A stretch of 64,000 nt of DNA. Source: an uncultured Alphaproteobacteria bacterium (GTDB lineage: Bacteria > Pseudomonadota > Alphaproteobacteria > CACIAM-22H2). The position numbers were made by a program, and so were the translations under genes. The notes below the pieces were generated by a model. That model did no database searches, was not told the origin of the DNA, and saw only the letters and a list, made by a program, of their open reading frames with translations. Numbering within the stretch: the first letter of the stretch is position 1; each line of letters starts with the position of its first letter. The DNA lies in the NCBI GenBank assembly GCA_963748455.1, contig CAVVJD010000014.1, forward strand, positions 445,993 through 509,992, in the 5' to 3' direction. Below are positions 27,375 to 37,380 of this stretch, in pieces.

Positions 27375-30039
27375 CTATTTTAGGGACGCGTGTTCCCTAT
27401 CTTGCGCTAGGAGATGCTGCTCGCGGGCGATCCGGGCCGCCTCGCCGCGTGTGGGCGCACCGAGCTTGGCCAGCACGGACGACACATGGTGATCGACGGT
27501 CTTGGGCGAGACGTGCAGGCGCATGCCGATACGGCCGTTGCTGAGCCCATCGGCCAGGCAGCCCAGGATCTCCAATTCGCGCGTTGTCAGCCCGAACGGG
27601 TTCTGGCGCGTGGTGGCTCTGGGCCCCCGCGGAATCCGGCGCATCCCTTCGCCGCGCATCCGCTGGCGCAGCGAAGCGGCCGCGGGCGCCGCGCCAAGTT
27701 TGTCGAAGATTTCCAGGGCGGATAATTGCGCCGATGTGTCGCCATCGGCCAAAGCGCGCGCTTGTTCATACGGACAGCCGAGATTCGCCCAGGCATCCGC
27801 CGCGCACCGCCACTCGCCCTTGATCTGCAGGAGGAAGGGTGCTGCACTCCATTTCGGCACGATGACAGCGTCACCAGCGCGCCAGCGCCAAAATGAAAAT
27901 TCGCCTGTGTGCCATTGATGGTCATGGCGCGTGGCGAGTTCGTATGCGGCCCTCGCCTCCACGATGACGCGCTCGCGATCGCCGGCGAGCCATGCGGCCT
28001 CCGCGCGCGCGGCGCGGACGGGCGCGATGCGCTGCAGCGTGTTCGTCTGCAGCGCCAGTTCAAGGGCTTCATCGAGCGCCGCGGCGGCGGCCGAGATCGC
28101 CGCGCCTGGCACGCACACGCCCCAAGGCGACAAGTGCCATGATTCTGCTGATGGCTGCGACACTGGGTAGTCCGACGAGCGAGGTTGCGATGTCGCTGGC
28201 TTCGCTCCATTGCCCCTGATAGAGCCGCGTCAACGCGAGCCACGCGCGCATGTAATGGTTCGCGTGATCGAGATCGCGATCGGCCGTATAAGCGATGCCC
28301 GCGGCAAGATGGCGATCGGCTTCGGCGAATTGATACTGCTCGCCGTAAGAAGAGCCCAAATTCAAATGAGCGAGGCCGACGAGCGCATCCAGCCCCGCCT
28401 GGTGCGCGAGGGCGAGGCTTCGGTCCAAATGCGGGCGACCTTTTGCGTCGCCGGTCACGAGCATCGCCGACCCGACGACGATTTCCGCTGCGACGAGTGT
28501 GGCATCGTCTTGAAAATGCGTGGCCAGCTCGATCGCCTTGCGGCCCCAACGCACGGCCACCGGGCGATCGCGATCGAGCATCCGCAGATGCGCCTGAATC
28601 CGATAGGCGACGGCCAATTGGCGCGTCGGCGGCATGGATTCCAGCACCTCGATCGCGCGGCGGCTTACATCTTCGGCGGCGGCATTCTGGCCGCTGCGCA
28701 CGAGAGGCCAGGCGAGCTCCGCGAGATTTTCGCCTTCCTTCAGGCGATCGCCCGCCTGCCGCCAGAGTTCGATCGCCTCCCGGCGCGCCCGGCTCGCCTC
28801 AGCGAGTTCATCGACAATGGCGCATTCCTCGGCGTAGGCCTCGTAGAGCTGCGCTCGTTCGGCGGGCGGTCGATCGCCGGCGGCTCCCAAGACGCGGAGG
28901 TACTGCGCGGCCGCCGCCCGGTGAGCGCCAACAGCAGCGGCAGCGCGGGCCGCCTCCGGCCCGTATTCGAGGACGGCCGCGCTGTCGCGTGCACCCTCGG
29001 CGAAATGCGCCAATTGCGCCAGGTCGCCTCGGCCCGCGCCTGCAGTCCGTAACCCCTCAAGCGCCCGGCGGTTGAGCTCGCGATAGCGTCCGGGATCGAG
29101 ATCGGTCAAGATCGCATCGCGAACCAGCTCATGGCGGAACGCGATGATATTGCCGGCGCTCTCAAGCATTCCCCCCTTGATGCATTCGGCGAGGCCCTCG
29201 GCCGTGCCATCGAGAATCCGCTCCAGCGTGGCGTGTTCGAACCGGCTGCCGATCACGGCAGCGGCCTCCAGGACAGCGCGGCCGGCGGGGGCCAGTTTCG
29301 CCGCCCGTGCCAGCACGGCGTCGCGCACCGTCTTGGGAATGCCGCGGCCGGCATTCGACAGGATTTCGGTGAGGAAGAACGGATTGCCAGCGGTCTGGCC
29401 GTGCAGCGCCTTGGGATCGAACGGCCGACCCGCAACCAGGATGCGCACAGCATCGACCGTCAGGCGCGCCAGCTCGATACGGATGGTCGCCCGCGACGTC
29501 GCCAGGTCGCCCAGCAGCAGGCGCAAGGGGTGATGTCCGCCGACCTCATCGTCGCGATAGGTGACAGCGAGAAGAACCCTGGTCTGGGCGATGCGGCGGC
29601 CCAGGAATTTGATGAGATCGAGCGTGGCCTCGTCGGCCCAATGGATATCCTCGATGATCAGAAGCGTGGGCTGGGCGCAGCCGCGCAATTCATCGAGCAT
29701 GGTCGAGAAAATTGCGGCGCGCGGCGTGGCACCCTCGAGCTGCGCGAGCATCCGTCCGCTGGTCTGACGGGCGATGTCGTAGAGCGGCCCGAGCGGCGAC
29801 GGAGTGAACAGTGAATCGCACTGACCTTTGAGGATGCGCAGCGTCTGGCCGCGCAGCGCCATGAAGCGCTCGACAAAGGATGTCTTGCCGATGCCGGCCT
29901 CGCCGCTGATCAGCGCAATACGGCCATGACCGGCCACTGCTTCGTTAAGAGCAGTCGCCAGGATCCGCAGGTCATGGTCGCGTTCGAGCAGGTCCATCGG
30001 CAACCCGGCCAGAGTGTGGGCGCACACGGGTCTGTACAT
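27375..30039 (-). pseudogene. MalT/LuxR-type large ATP-dependent transcriptional regulator (AAA/NB-ARC-like N-terminus, TPR-like middle, LuxR HTH C-terminus), frameshift near 28130 in a GCC-rich tract.
   Basis: 28069..30039 encodes the P-loop (ISGEAGIGKTSF) NTPase and helical repeats. 27375..28163 continues in another frame into the LuxR HTH (LTTRELEILGCLADGLSNGRIGMRLHVSPKTVDHHVSSVLAKLG). Junction is at gatctcggccgccgccgcggcgctc. Confidence 0.75.
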
Positions 30040-30149
30040 AGACCGATAGACATAGGTCCGCTAGTTCTCCGGAAGCGTTATCGGCGTCACACCTCGGCCG
30101 AGATCACGGAAGCGTGAACAACGGGTTATGCCGGCGTCGGCAATTCGGA

Positions 30150-32473
30150 CTATTGCAAGGCCGCCCAAACCTTTGCCGGCGTCAGCGGCATCTGGATCCG
30201 GCTCGCGCGATCGGCCCGGCTGGCGCGGACGAGCGCATCGGCCACGGCGTTGACGACCGCCGGGGTGGCGCCGATCGTGCCGAGCTCGCCCACGCCTTTG
30301 ACACCGAGGGGGTTGTTCAGGCACGGCGTTGATTGATCGAGCACGTGCACGAAGTCACGAATGATGTCGGCGCGCGGCATTGTGTAGTCCATCAGGCTGG
30401 CGGTGATCGCCTGCCCGGACTCACGGTCGTACAGCATCCGCTCGCCGAGCGCCTGGCCGATGCCCTGGACCGCCCCGCCGTCGAGCTGGCCGCGCACGAT
30501 CATCGGATTGACCACGCGGCCGACATCGTTCACCGACACGTAGGAGACGATTTCGACCGTCCCGGTTTCCGGGTCGATTTCGACCTCGCAGATGTGGGCG
30601 CCATTGGGCCAGCTCGGCCCGTTCACCTTGGTTGTCGCATCGATGAAGATGCGTTGCTCCGGTTGACGCCCCGCCAACTCGAAAAGCCCGATGCGGCGGT
30701 CGGTGCCCGCGACCTGGAAGACGCCCTCGGCATATTCGATATCGGCCTCGGCGGCCTCGAGCGCGTCGCCGGCAAGATTGCGGCCGGTCTTGAGCGCCGT
30801 CTCGGAGGCGTGCCGGATGGCCGAGCCTGCCGTGAACAGCGAGCGCGAGCCGGCACTGCCGAAGCCCTGGCCGCGATCCGTGTCACCCATGACAATGCGG
30901 ATCTTGTCGAGCGGCACGCCGAACACATCAACGACAAGCTGCGTATAGGACGTCGCAATCCCCTGCCCCATCGGCATCGTCGCGGCAAAGACCTCGATCT
31001 CGCCGGCACCGGTGACCGCGACGGTGACGCGCTCCTCCAGCGCGTTGCCGCCGGTCCATTCGAGAAACGAGGCGAGGCCGCGGCCGCGCAGCTTGCCGCG
31101 CTGGCGCGAATTGCTTTCACGGGCCGCGAAATCCTGCCACTTCCCCAATTCCAGCGCCTGTTCGAGGATCGAGCCGAACTTCCCGCTGTCGTACACCTGC
31201 CCCATGGCGTTGGTGTAAGGCATCTGCTCCGGCTTGATGAGATTGCGGCGCCGGATCTCGGCCGGATCGAGGCCGAGCTTGCGTGCCGCGGTATCGAACA
31301 GACGCTCGATGATGTAGATCGCTTCGGGCCGGCCGGCGCCGCGATAGGCGCCGGTGGGTGCGGTGTTGGTCAGAACCGCGCGGAGATCGAAGTCAATCGT
31401 GCGGATGTCGTAGATGCTGGTCGAGACCCAAGGGCCGATCATCAACTGGATGATGATCGCCCGCCGTACTGCCATAGGCGCCGACATTGGCAAAGGAGCG
31501 GACGCGATAGGCCAGCACCTTGCCTTCGGCATCGAGGGCGAGTTCGGCGTGGCTCTCGACATCGCGGCCGTGCGTCGCGGCCAGAAATTCGTCGATCCGC
31601 TCGGCCGTCCACTTGACCGGGCGTTTTAGCTGCCGCGCGGCGAACGCCGCGACGATGTCCTCCGGATAGAGGCCGGTCTTCATGCCGAAACCGCCGCCGA
31701 CATCGTCGACAACGACGCGCACTTTCTCCGGCGGGATGCCGAGCACGGCATTGCAGAGCGTATCGCGCGCACCGGACGGCATCTGGCTCGACAGGCGTAG
31801 CGTCAGCCGGTCATCGCCCGAAATCGTAGCTGGCGAGCGTGCTGCGCGGCTCCATCGGGGTCGGCGCCAGGCGCTGGTTGACGAGATCGAGCGAGACAAT
31901 GTGCGCGGCGCTCTTGAACGCGGCATCGGACACCGCGGCGTCGCCGTGCTTCATCTGGGCGGCGATATTGCCGGTGGCGGCCGGCCAGATCAGCGGCGCA
32001 TCGGCGGCGGTCGCTTGCGCCACATCCATCACGACGGGCAGTGGGTCGAATTCGACCTCGATCGCCTCAGCCGCGTCCTTCGCCTGCTCGCGCGTTTCCG
32101 CGACCACCGCGGCGATGGCCTCGCCGACGAAGCGCACGATCTCGTGCGCCAGCGCCGGGCGCAGCGGCGTGGCGCCGGGCGAGCCGTCGGGACGCTTGAA
32201 GATCGGCGCCACCGGTAGCGGCTTGACCCCGGCCTTGACCAGATCGGCGCCGGTGAGGACCGCAACCACCCCGGGCATCGTCAGGGCCGCGGCGACATCA
32301 ACCGAGACCAGACGCGCATGGGCGTGCGGCGAGCGCAGGAAGGCGAGGTAGGTCTGGGCGGGCAGCGAGACATCGTCGGTGAAGCGGCCGGCGCCGGACA
32401 GCAGGCCCTTGTCCTCGATCCGAAGGACCTCGCGGCCGCTGCCAAAACGCCCGATCGTCGAATTGCCCGTCAT
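30150..32473 (-). pseudogene. Xanthine dehydrogenase/aldehyde oxidase-family molybdopterin-binding large subunit (CoxL-like), two frameshifts.
   Basis: Three consecutive ORFs (31811..32617, 31393..31926, 30150..31562) encode the N-terminal, middle and C-terminal parts of one about 770-aa Mo-hydroxylase. Shifts lie within 31811-31926 and 31393-31562. No adjacent small or medium subunit genes. Confidence 0.75.
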
Positions 32474-32712
32474 TAGCTTTTCCTCGATTTGCCAAACAGA
32501 ATCCCAGGACGCGCCCGCAAACCGGTCGCGCCGTGGCGCCCAAACGACCACGGCGCCTTGCCGCTGTCTACCCCCGCCCTTGCCCCGCGTTACATTTGGC
32601 TGCGGAACCGCCTGCAAAAGCGGCAGGACGTCGCCGGGCCGCCCTTGTGAGCGGGCGGGCGTTGGGTTACTCCCAGAGGGTCCGCACTCCTGGTGAAAGG
32701 TGCCGCGCGCCC

Positions 32713-33351
32713 GTGACCCCGAATGTTCCCAAGCACGGCAATGTCCTGCTCACCTTCCCCACGCCCGTCTGCGCGCGGGTGTGGCCCAATGCGGAAAAGG
32801 TCAACGCGGCGCTGCGCGCCCATGTGCTGGCGCTCGAGGCCAAGAGCGGAGGGATAACTCGCACCAATGTCGGCGGCTGGCATTCCGACGACGACCTGTT
32901 TGCGTGGCCGCTGCCGGAGATCGCCACGCTGCGCGAGTGGGCGATCGAATCCGTGCGCGAGGCAACGTCGATGTTGTGCGGGCCGGCGCTGCAAAATCTC
33001 AAGGCCAATGTCGAGCTCGAGGGCTGGGCCAACATCTCGCGCGACGGCAACTACAACAAGATCCACAATCACAGTGAATGGACGTGGTCGGGCGTCTATT
33101 ACGTTGCGACCGGCGAGGCGGATCCGAGCGTGCGCGAGAGCGGCATGATCGAGTTCCTCGACCCGCGCATGGGTGTCGATTCCGTCAAGCTGCCGGGCAA
33201 TCCCTATGGCGCGCAGATGCACATCACACCGCTCCCTGGGATGATGCTCGTCTTCCCGAGCTGGCTGCAGCACTGGGTGCATCCGTTCCGCGGTACGGGC
33301 GAGCGGATTTCACTGGCGTTCAACGTCCGGCTGGCGTTCTCGCCGACGTAA
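32713..33351 (+). CDS. Putative 2OG-Fe(II) oxygenase-like protein of the TIGR02466 conserved-hypothetical family.
   Basis: About 210 aa with a C-terminal His-rich double-stranded beta-helix pattern (IHNHSEWTWSGVYYV...GMIEFLDPR...VFPSWLQHWVHPF). Start uncertain; GTG at 32713 chosen. Confidence 0.5.
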   Translation: MTPNVPKHGNVLLTFPTPVCARVWPNAEKVNAALRAHVLALEAKSGGITRTNVGGWHSDDDLFAWPLPEIATLREWAIESVREATSMLCGPALQNLKANVELEGWANISRDGNYNKIHNHSEWTWSGVYYVATGEADPSVRESGMIEFLDPRMGVDSVKLPGNPYGAQMHITPLPGMMLVFPSWLQHWVHPFRGTGERISLAFNVRLAFSPT

Positions 33352-33715
33352 GCGCCGCGGCGCTGGTGACTTTTTGAGCGCAGTGTGATAGCGTTCTTCC
33401 AACGTCGGTTACGCGAATTCAGGCTGCGCCAGTCAGCCATGCGATCCGACCCAATTTAGCAAATCACTTCTCGATCGCGCCGGACCCTGTCCTCTGTTCG
33501 GCTCGACCATACGGGATCGGCCCTCATGCTGCGTGTGAGGGCGTCGTCCTGGCGGTTCCGTCATGGGCGGCCGCGAGTGCTGTGATTTGCAATTTTGACT
33601 GCAGCGCGACTTGGATTGCACAGCCGGGATTTATTTGACGCCGCTTCGGGCGTATCGCGCCGCGATTTGTCGGACGTGGCTTCGGCGAAGGCTAGCTTCT
33701 GAGCGGGAGGCGATG

Positions 33716-34522
33716 ATGAAAGCCATCCATCACACAAGTTTCCACGCGATCTGCTGCGGCCTGTGCCGCGGCGCGGGTCGGATATTCATAGCGATTCTTC
33801 TGGCCGTGCTCGGATTGGTGTTGAGTGCGGGTAGCGTACGGGCCGGCGCGCTGACCTTCGTGGTCACGCCGCCCCACGCAATGTTGGATGGCGATCCGAT
33901 TCTCGATATCGAAGTTCAACCCGGAGACCGGGTGGAGTATTTCGTGAGCCTCAGCACGATCAATCTCGCCAACGCGAGAGGGGGGCCATTTCCCGGCGTG
34001 CCGTTAATCCCGCTTGTGAATTTTTCGTACAAAGTCATCTACGATCCGGTGGAGCTGGACCTGGACAGGACGTTGGTGACGGGCTTCAAGCTCGATCTCC
34101 TGGATGATCCGGCCACAATGCCGGGCGGCCTTTTTCCCGGCGGCGATGCTCTTCAGGAAAATGTGAAGGGCACGCTGGAAGTAACGCATGTCGGGGGCAA
34201 TTTGGCGGCCGGTAGCGTCCGCCCGCTCGACTTCTTCCCCTTCAAAGTTCTGGCCCCCAACAACGACGGCAATGCGGATTTCAAGTTCACCAACGTGTTG
34301 ATCAATGGCGTGACGCCCGCAGCGCGTGATTTCACATCCGATCTGGAGGACGAGGTGCAGCCACGGCCCGTGCCCGAGCCGTCCACCTTGCTTCTCATCG
34401 GCGGTGCCATCATCGGGCTGTTGGCTGTGCTGCGCTGGGGCGGCGCTGCCCGGACATGGCCTTTGAAACGATTCAAGCCCTCGTCCGTTCGGCTTCTTAC
34501 GAGGCGTCGGTATAGAGGTTGA
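33716..34522 (+). CDS. PEP-CTERM sorting-domain secreted protein.
   Basis: N-terminal signal/TM segment. C-terminus PVPEPSTLLLIGGAIIGLLAVLRWGGAAR is a canonical PEP motif plus TM helix plus basic tail recognised by exosortases. Confidence 0.8.
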   Translation: MKAIHHTSFHAICCGLCRGAGRIFIAILLAVLGLVLSAGSVRAGALTFVVTPPHAMLDGDPILDIEVQPGDRVEYFVSLSTINLANARGGPFPGVPLIPLVNFSYKVIYDPVELDLDRTLVTGFKLDLLDDPATMPGGLFPGGDALQENVKGTLEVTHVGGNLAAGSVRPLDFFPFKVLAPNNDGNADFKFTNVLINGVTPAARDFTSDLEDEVQPRPVPEPSTLLLIGGAIIGLLAVLRWGGAARTWPLKRFKPSSVRLLTRRRYRG

Positions 34523-35201
34523 GCGCCAGCTTGGAGATCATGCGCACCATCGTGACGCTGTTCTGCACGCCCTTGTGCGGCTCGAGCAGGCTCAGGAGCT
34601 CGAAGGCGTGGAAGGAGTTCGTCGCCTGGGCGAGCTTGAGCTGGTTCAGGTAGAACTGGCCCTGCAGATTGGTCACCAGCGAATGGATCAGCAGCAGCCC
34701 GCCATTGGGGTCGATCAACTTCCAGTACTCGTTCTGGAAGGCCATGTAGTTGGGCAAGCCGCCGCAATCGAGCCACACGAAATCGAGGGGCAGCTCCGCC
34801 GCCGGAAGCTGGGCCGCGTAGCCTCGGAAATCGGCGTTGTGCAAACGTAACGGACCGGCAATGCCCAGCGCCTTGGCCTTGGCCTCGCATTTCTGCGCGG
34901 TCGAGTCAGGATGGGCGAAAGTGTCGACGGCGTGCAGCATCGGGCGGTACTCGGTGCGATAGTATTGCGGTAGGTATGTCGTCTGGCCCGTGGCCATCGC
35001 CGTCTTCTCGGCCTCGACCGACCGCATGTTGTCGGCGAGCGCCTTCAGGATGAACAGCGTCGTGTAACCCGCCCCCACCTCCAGCACGCGGCGCGGGCGC
35101 GTGGTGCGCACCAGCGTGTAGAGCAGCGGCCCCACCACTTCCGTCCCCATCGATGGGTGGTAGAGCTCGTTGACCTGGTCGAGAAAATCCTGGCCGAGCA
35201 T
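34497..35201 (-). CDS. Class I SAM-dependent methyltransferase (TylF/MycF/CmcI-like O-methyltransferase fold).
   Basis: RVLEVGAGYTTLFILKAL (motif I) ... DFVWLDCGG (acidic/post-II). ATG at 35201 with AAGGGA RBS. Confidence 0.65.
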   Translation of the reverse strand: MLGQDFLDQVNELYHPSMGTEVVGPLLYTLVRTTRPRRVLEVGAGYTTLFILKALADNMRSVEAEKTAMATGQTTYLPQYYRTEYRPMLHAVDTFAHPDSTAQKCEAKAKALGIAGPLRLHNADFRGYAAQLPAAELPLDFVWLDCGGLPNYMAFQNEYWKLIDPNGGLLLIHSLVTNLQGQFYLNQLKLAQATNSFHAFELLSLLEPHKGVQNSVTMVRMISKLALNLYTDAS

Positions 35202-35280
35202 GCGGTCCCTTTCGTCGCTCTGGTGAGGGGGATATAGCGCATTTTCCCCGATACATCCGTTTTTTGATTGTGATGCACGT

Positions 35281-35410
35281 CCCCTCTCCCCTCTGGGGAG
35301 AGGGTTAGGGTGAGGGGGTGGCGCAGGTGTCAAACACGCACGGGCAGGGCGGTCTCTTCGCCCCCTCACCCGGCTCGGCTTCGCCTCGCCACCCTCTCCC
35401 CCGAGGGGAG
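35281..35410. repeat. Hairpin-forming REP/MITE-like element, GGGAGAGGGTTAGGGTGAGGGGG family.
   Basis: CCCCTCTCCCCTCTGGGGAGAGGGTTAGGGTGAGGGGGTG ... CCCCCTCACCC ... CCACCCTCTCCCCCGAGGGGAGAGGGTT. Same family as 10858-11010 and 39401-39560. Confidence 0.8.
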
Positions 35411-35454
35411 AGGGTTTGATTGCCTCGTTGGCCGAATTGCGCTACGGCGTGACG

Positions 35455-36489
35455 ATGGCGTCGGATCCCGCCACCATCCTGGTCTATCCCGGTGTCGAGA
35501 TCGACGACGCGCTGGGCGAGTGCATCCTCAAGGTGCCGTTCCTGCGCGCCTTGCGCATCGCCTACCCGCACGCGCGCATTTCATGGGTGCACGGGATCGG
35601 GGCGGCTTTCTTCGCCGGCCCCCTGCAGCCGCTGGTCGCCGACCTGATCGACGAGATCATTCCCGGCATCATCCTGCCGCAGCGGCCCTCGCCGCTCGAC
35701 CTGCTGCGCAATCCAATCCCGGCGCGCGACTTCGACCTGATCATCGACACCCAGAAATACATCCAACGCACGCTGATGCTGCGCCATGTGCGGCATAAAC
35801 GCTTCATTACGTCGGCTTGGCGCTACCGGTTCTTCTCCGACGCGCTGCCGCCGCCGGAACTGGTCCTGCCCAAGCACCTGGTCGACAAGCTACTTGGTCT
35901 CGTCGCCGCTTCTGCCGGCCGGGTGATCCGGCCGTCGCCGGTCGCCAAGCTGGCGCCGGAATGGGCGGCCTTGGCGCACAGCCTGCTGCCGCCGGGGCCG
36001 GTCTATGTCGGGATCGCGCCCGGAGCCGGTAACAAGACCCGCGGTAAGGTCTGGCCGCTCGAGCGCTTCGTGGCGCTGGCAAGCGACCAGCACGGCAAGG
36101 GCCGCACGCCGGTCTTCCTGATCGGGCCGGGCGAGGCCGGCTGGATCGAGACGATCCGCGCCGGCGTGCCGGGTGCGGTGCTGCCGGGCTGGGAGAACGG
36201 GCCCCCGCGTGGGCCTGCCGCCGCTCCGGCCGCCACGGTGGCCATGGGGGCGCTGCTCACGGCCGCGATCGCCAATTGCTCGGGCACCGGGCACATGCTG
36301 GCCGCGGGCGGCGCGCCGATGGTCTCGCTGTTCGGCCCGACCGATCCCGAGAAATATGTTCCCTACAGCAAGGACCCGATCATCGTCAGCAGCTTCGCCA
36401 CGACGCGCAAGATCGAGGATGTAGCGCTGAGCGACGTGATCGCCGCCGTCGATCGGCAAATCGCGTCAGGAACCTCGCGCGCGGCCTGA
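35455..36489 (+). CDS. Glycosyltransferase family 9 (heptosyltransferase-like).
   Basis: GT9 architecture: N-terminal ILVYPGVEIDDALGECILKVPFLRALRIAYPHARISWV, C-terminal CSGTGHMLAAGGAPMVSLFGPTDP. Confidence 0.7.
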   Translation: MASDPATILVYPGVEIDDALGECILKVPFLRALRIAYPHARISWVHGIGAAFFAGPLQPLVADLIDEIIPGIILPQRPSPLDLLRNPIPARDFDLIIDTQKYIQRTLMLRHVRHKRFITSAWRYRFFSDALPPPELVLPKHLVDKLLGLVAASAGRVIRPSPVAKLAPEWAALAHSLLPPGPVYVGIAPGAGNKTRGKVWPLERFVALASDQHGKGRTPVFLIGPGEAGWIETIRAGVPGAVLPGWENGPPRGPAAAPAATVAMGALLTAAIANCSGTGHMLAAGGAPMVSLFGPTDPEKYVPYSKDPIIVSSFATTRKIEDVALSDVIAAVDRQIASGTSRAA

Positions 36490-36566
36490 AATAAATTGAA
36501 ATAATCGTCACAAAGTTTCCGTATCGGCGACATAGAGCCGACACGCCGGGCGCCTACAACGGCGTC

Positions 36567-36690
36567 ATGAACATGATCAAACATCTCATCGAACGCGTGC
36601 GCGACCTGATCGAGGAACGCCACGACGTCCGGCTCTTCGAGACCTGGCGCGACGAGCGCCTGGCCTTGCGCCACAGATCGCATGCGTGAC
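36567..36690 (+). CDS. Small ORF (40 aa) of unknown function immediately upstream of the nitrile-hydratase-like cluster.
   Basis: ATG at 36567; MNMIKHLIERVRDLIEERHDVRLFETWRDERLALRHRSHA*. Ends 4 nt into the next ORF. No recognisable family. Confidence 0.25.
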
Positions 36691-36745
36691 GATTAGGGTC
36701 GGCGGCCTTGCCGACCCCGGGCGGGCGGGATTAGCCTCTGATCCC

Positions 36746-37081
36746 ATGTCCCCACCCAAGCCAGCCACGCACGATCTGGGCGGCGTTGAGCCGCACGCCT
36801 CGGCCGCCATCGACCGGCGCGAGCACGCGCTCACGCAATTCGACAAGAATGTCGATGCGCTCATGTACCTGCTGTCGCACCCGTCGCGCCGGCTGATCCG
36901 GGTCGATGAGCTGCGCCGCTCGATCGAATCCCTGAGCCCCGCCGATTACGCCCGCCTCAGCTATTACGAAAAATGGCTGACAGCGATGCACGACCTGCTG
37001 ATCGAAAAGGACGTGCTGGGCGAGGAGGAAATTCTCCTCAAGATCGCCGAGCTGCGCGCCCGCGATGAGGGCGCGGCATGA
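36746..37081 (+). CDS. Nitrile hydratase beta-subunit N-terminal-half homolog (SCNase beta-like).
   Basis: ATHDLGGVEPHASAAID...DKNVDALMYLLSHP...YYEKWLTAMHDLLIEKDVLGEEEI matches the helical N-domain of NHase beta (HDLGG start, YYE.W motif). About 111 aa. Confidence 0.7.
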   Translation: MSPPKPATHDLGGVEPHASAAIDRREHALTQFDKNVDALMYLLSHPSRRLIRVDELRRSIESLSPADYARLSYYEKWLTAMHDLLIEKDVLGEEEILLKIAELRARDEGAA

Positions 37082-37380
37082 AATTCAAGGAAGGCGACAA
37101 GGTGCGGGTCGCCGCACGCTGGCCGGAGACCGGGCTTGCGCGCGTGCATATTCGCACGCCGCATTTCCTGCGCGGGCAGGCCGGTGTGGTCGAGCGCGTG
37201 CTGGGGGAGTTTCCCAATCCCGAGGATCTCGCCTTCGGTAAGCCGGGCCTGCCCAAAGTGCCGCTCTACATGGTCAAGTTCCAGGAGAGCGCTTTGTGGG
37301 CGCGCGGCGGTGGGTTCAGGCCGCAGGACACGTTGACCGCCGACATCTACGAACACTGGCTGGAGCCCGACCATGGCTGA
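37078..37380 (+). CDS. Nitrile hydratase beta-subunit C-terminal (SH3-like barrel) homolog (SCNase alpha-like).
   Basis: MKFKEGDKVRVAA...HIRTPHFLRGQAGVVERVLG...LYMVKFQESALW matches the NHase beta C-domain (FKxGDxVRV ... RxPxYxRGKxGxV ... LYxVxF). Start overlaps the previous stop. Confidence 0.75.
   Translation: MKFKEGDKVRVAARWPETGLARVHIRTPHFLRGQAGVVERVLGEFPNPEDLAFGKPGLPKVPLYMVKFQESALWARGGGFRPQDTLTADIYEHWLEPDHG

Noticed and set aside
28185-29075. Plus-strand 296-aa and 280-aa ORFs antisense to the MalT-like regulator.
   Set aside because: Arg/Pro-rich low-complexity translations. Antisense to a gene with clear P-loop and LuxR motifs.
36567-36690. Whether the 40-aa ORF upstream of the NHase-like genes is the missing NHase activator.
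   Set aside because: It is far too short, and shows no similarity to the beta-like P14K/NhlE activators (about 130-150 aa). Kept only as a low-confidence small ORF.
37038-37336. Short ORFs overlapping the NHase beta-C gene on both strands (37038..37256 minus, 37136..37336 plus).
   Set aside because: They are out-of-frame shadows of the well-conserved NHase beta C-domain coding frame.
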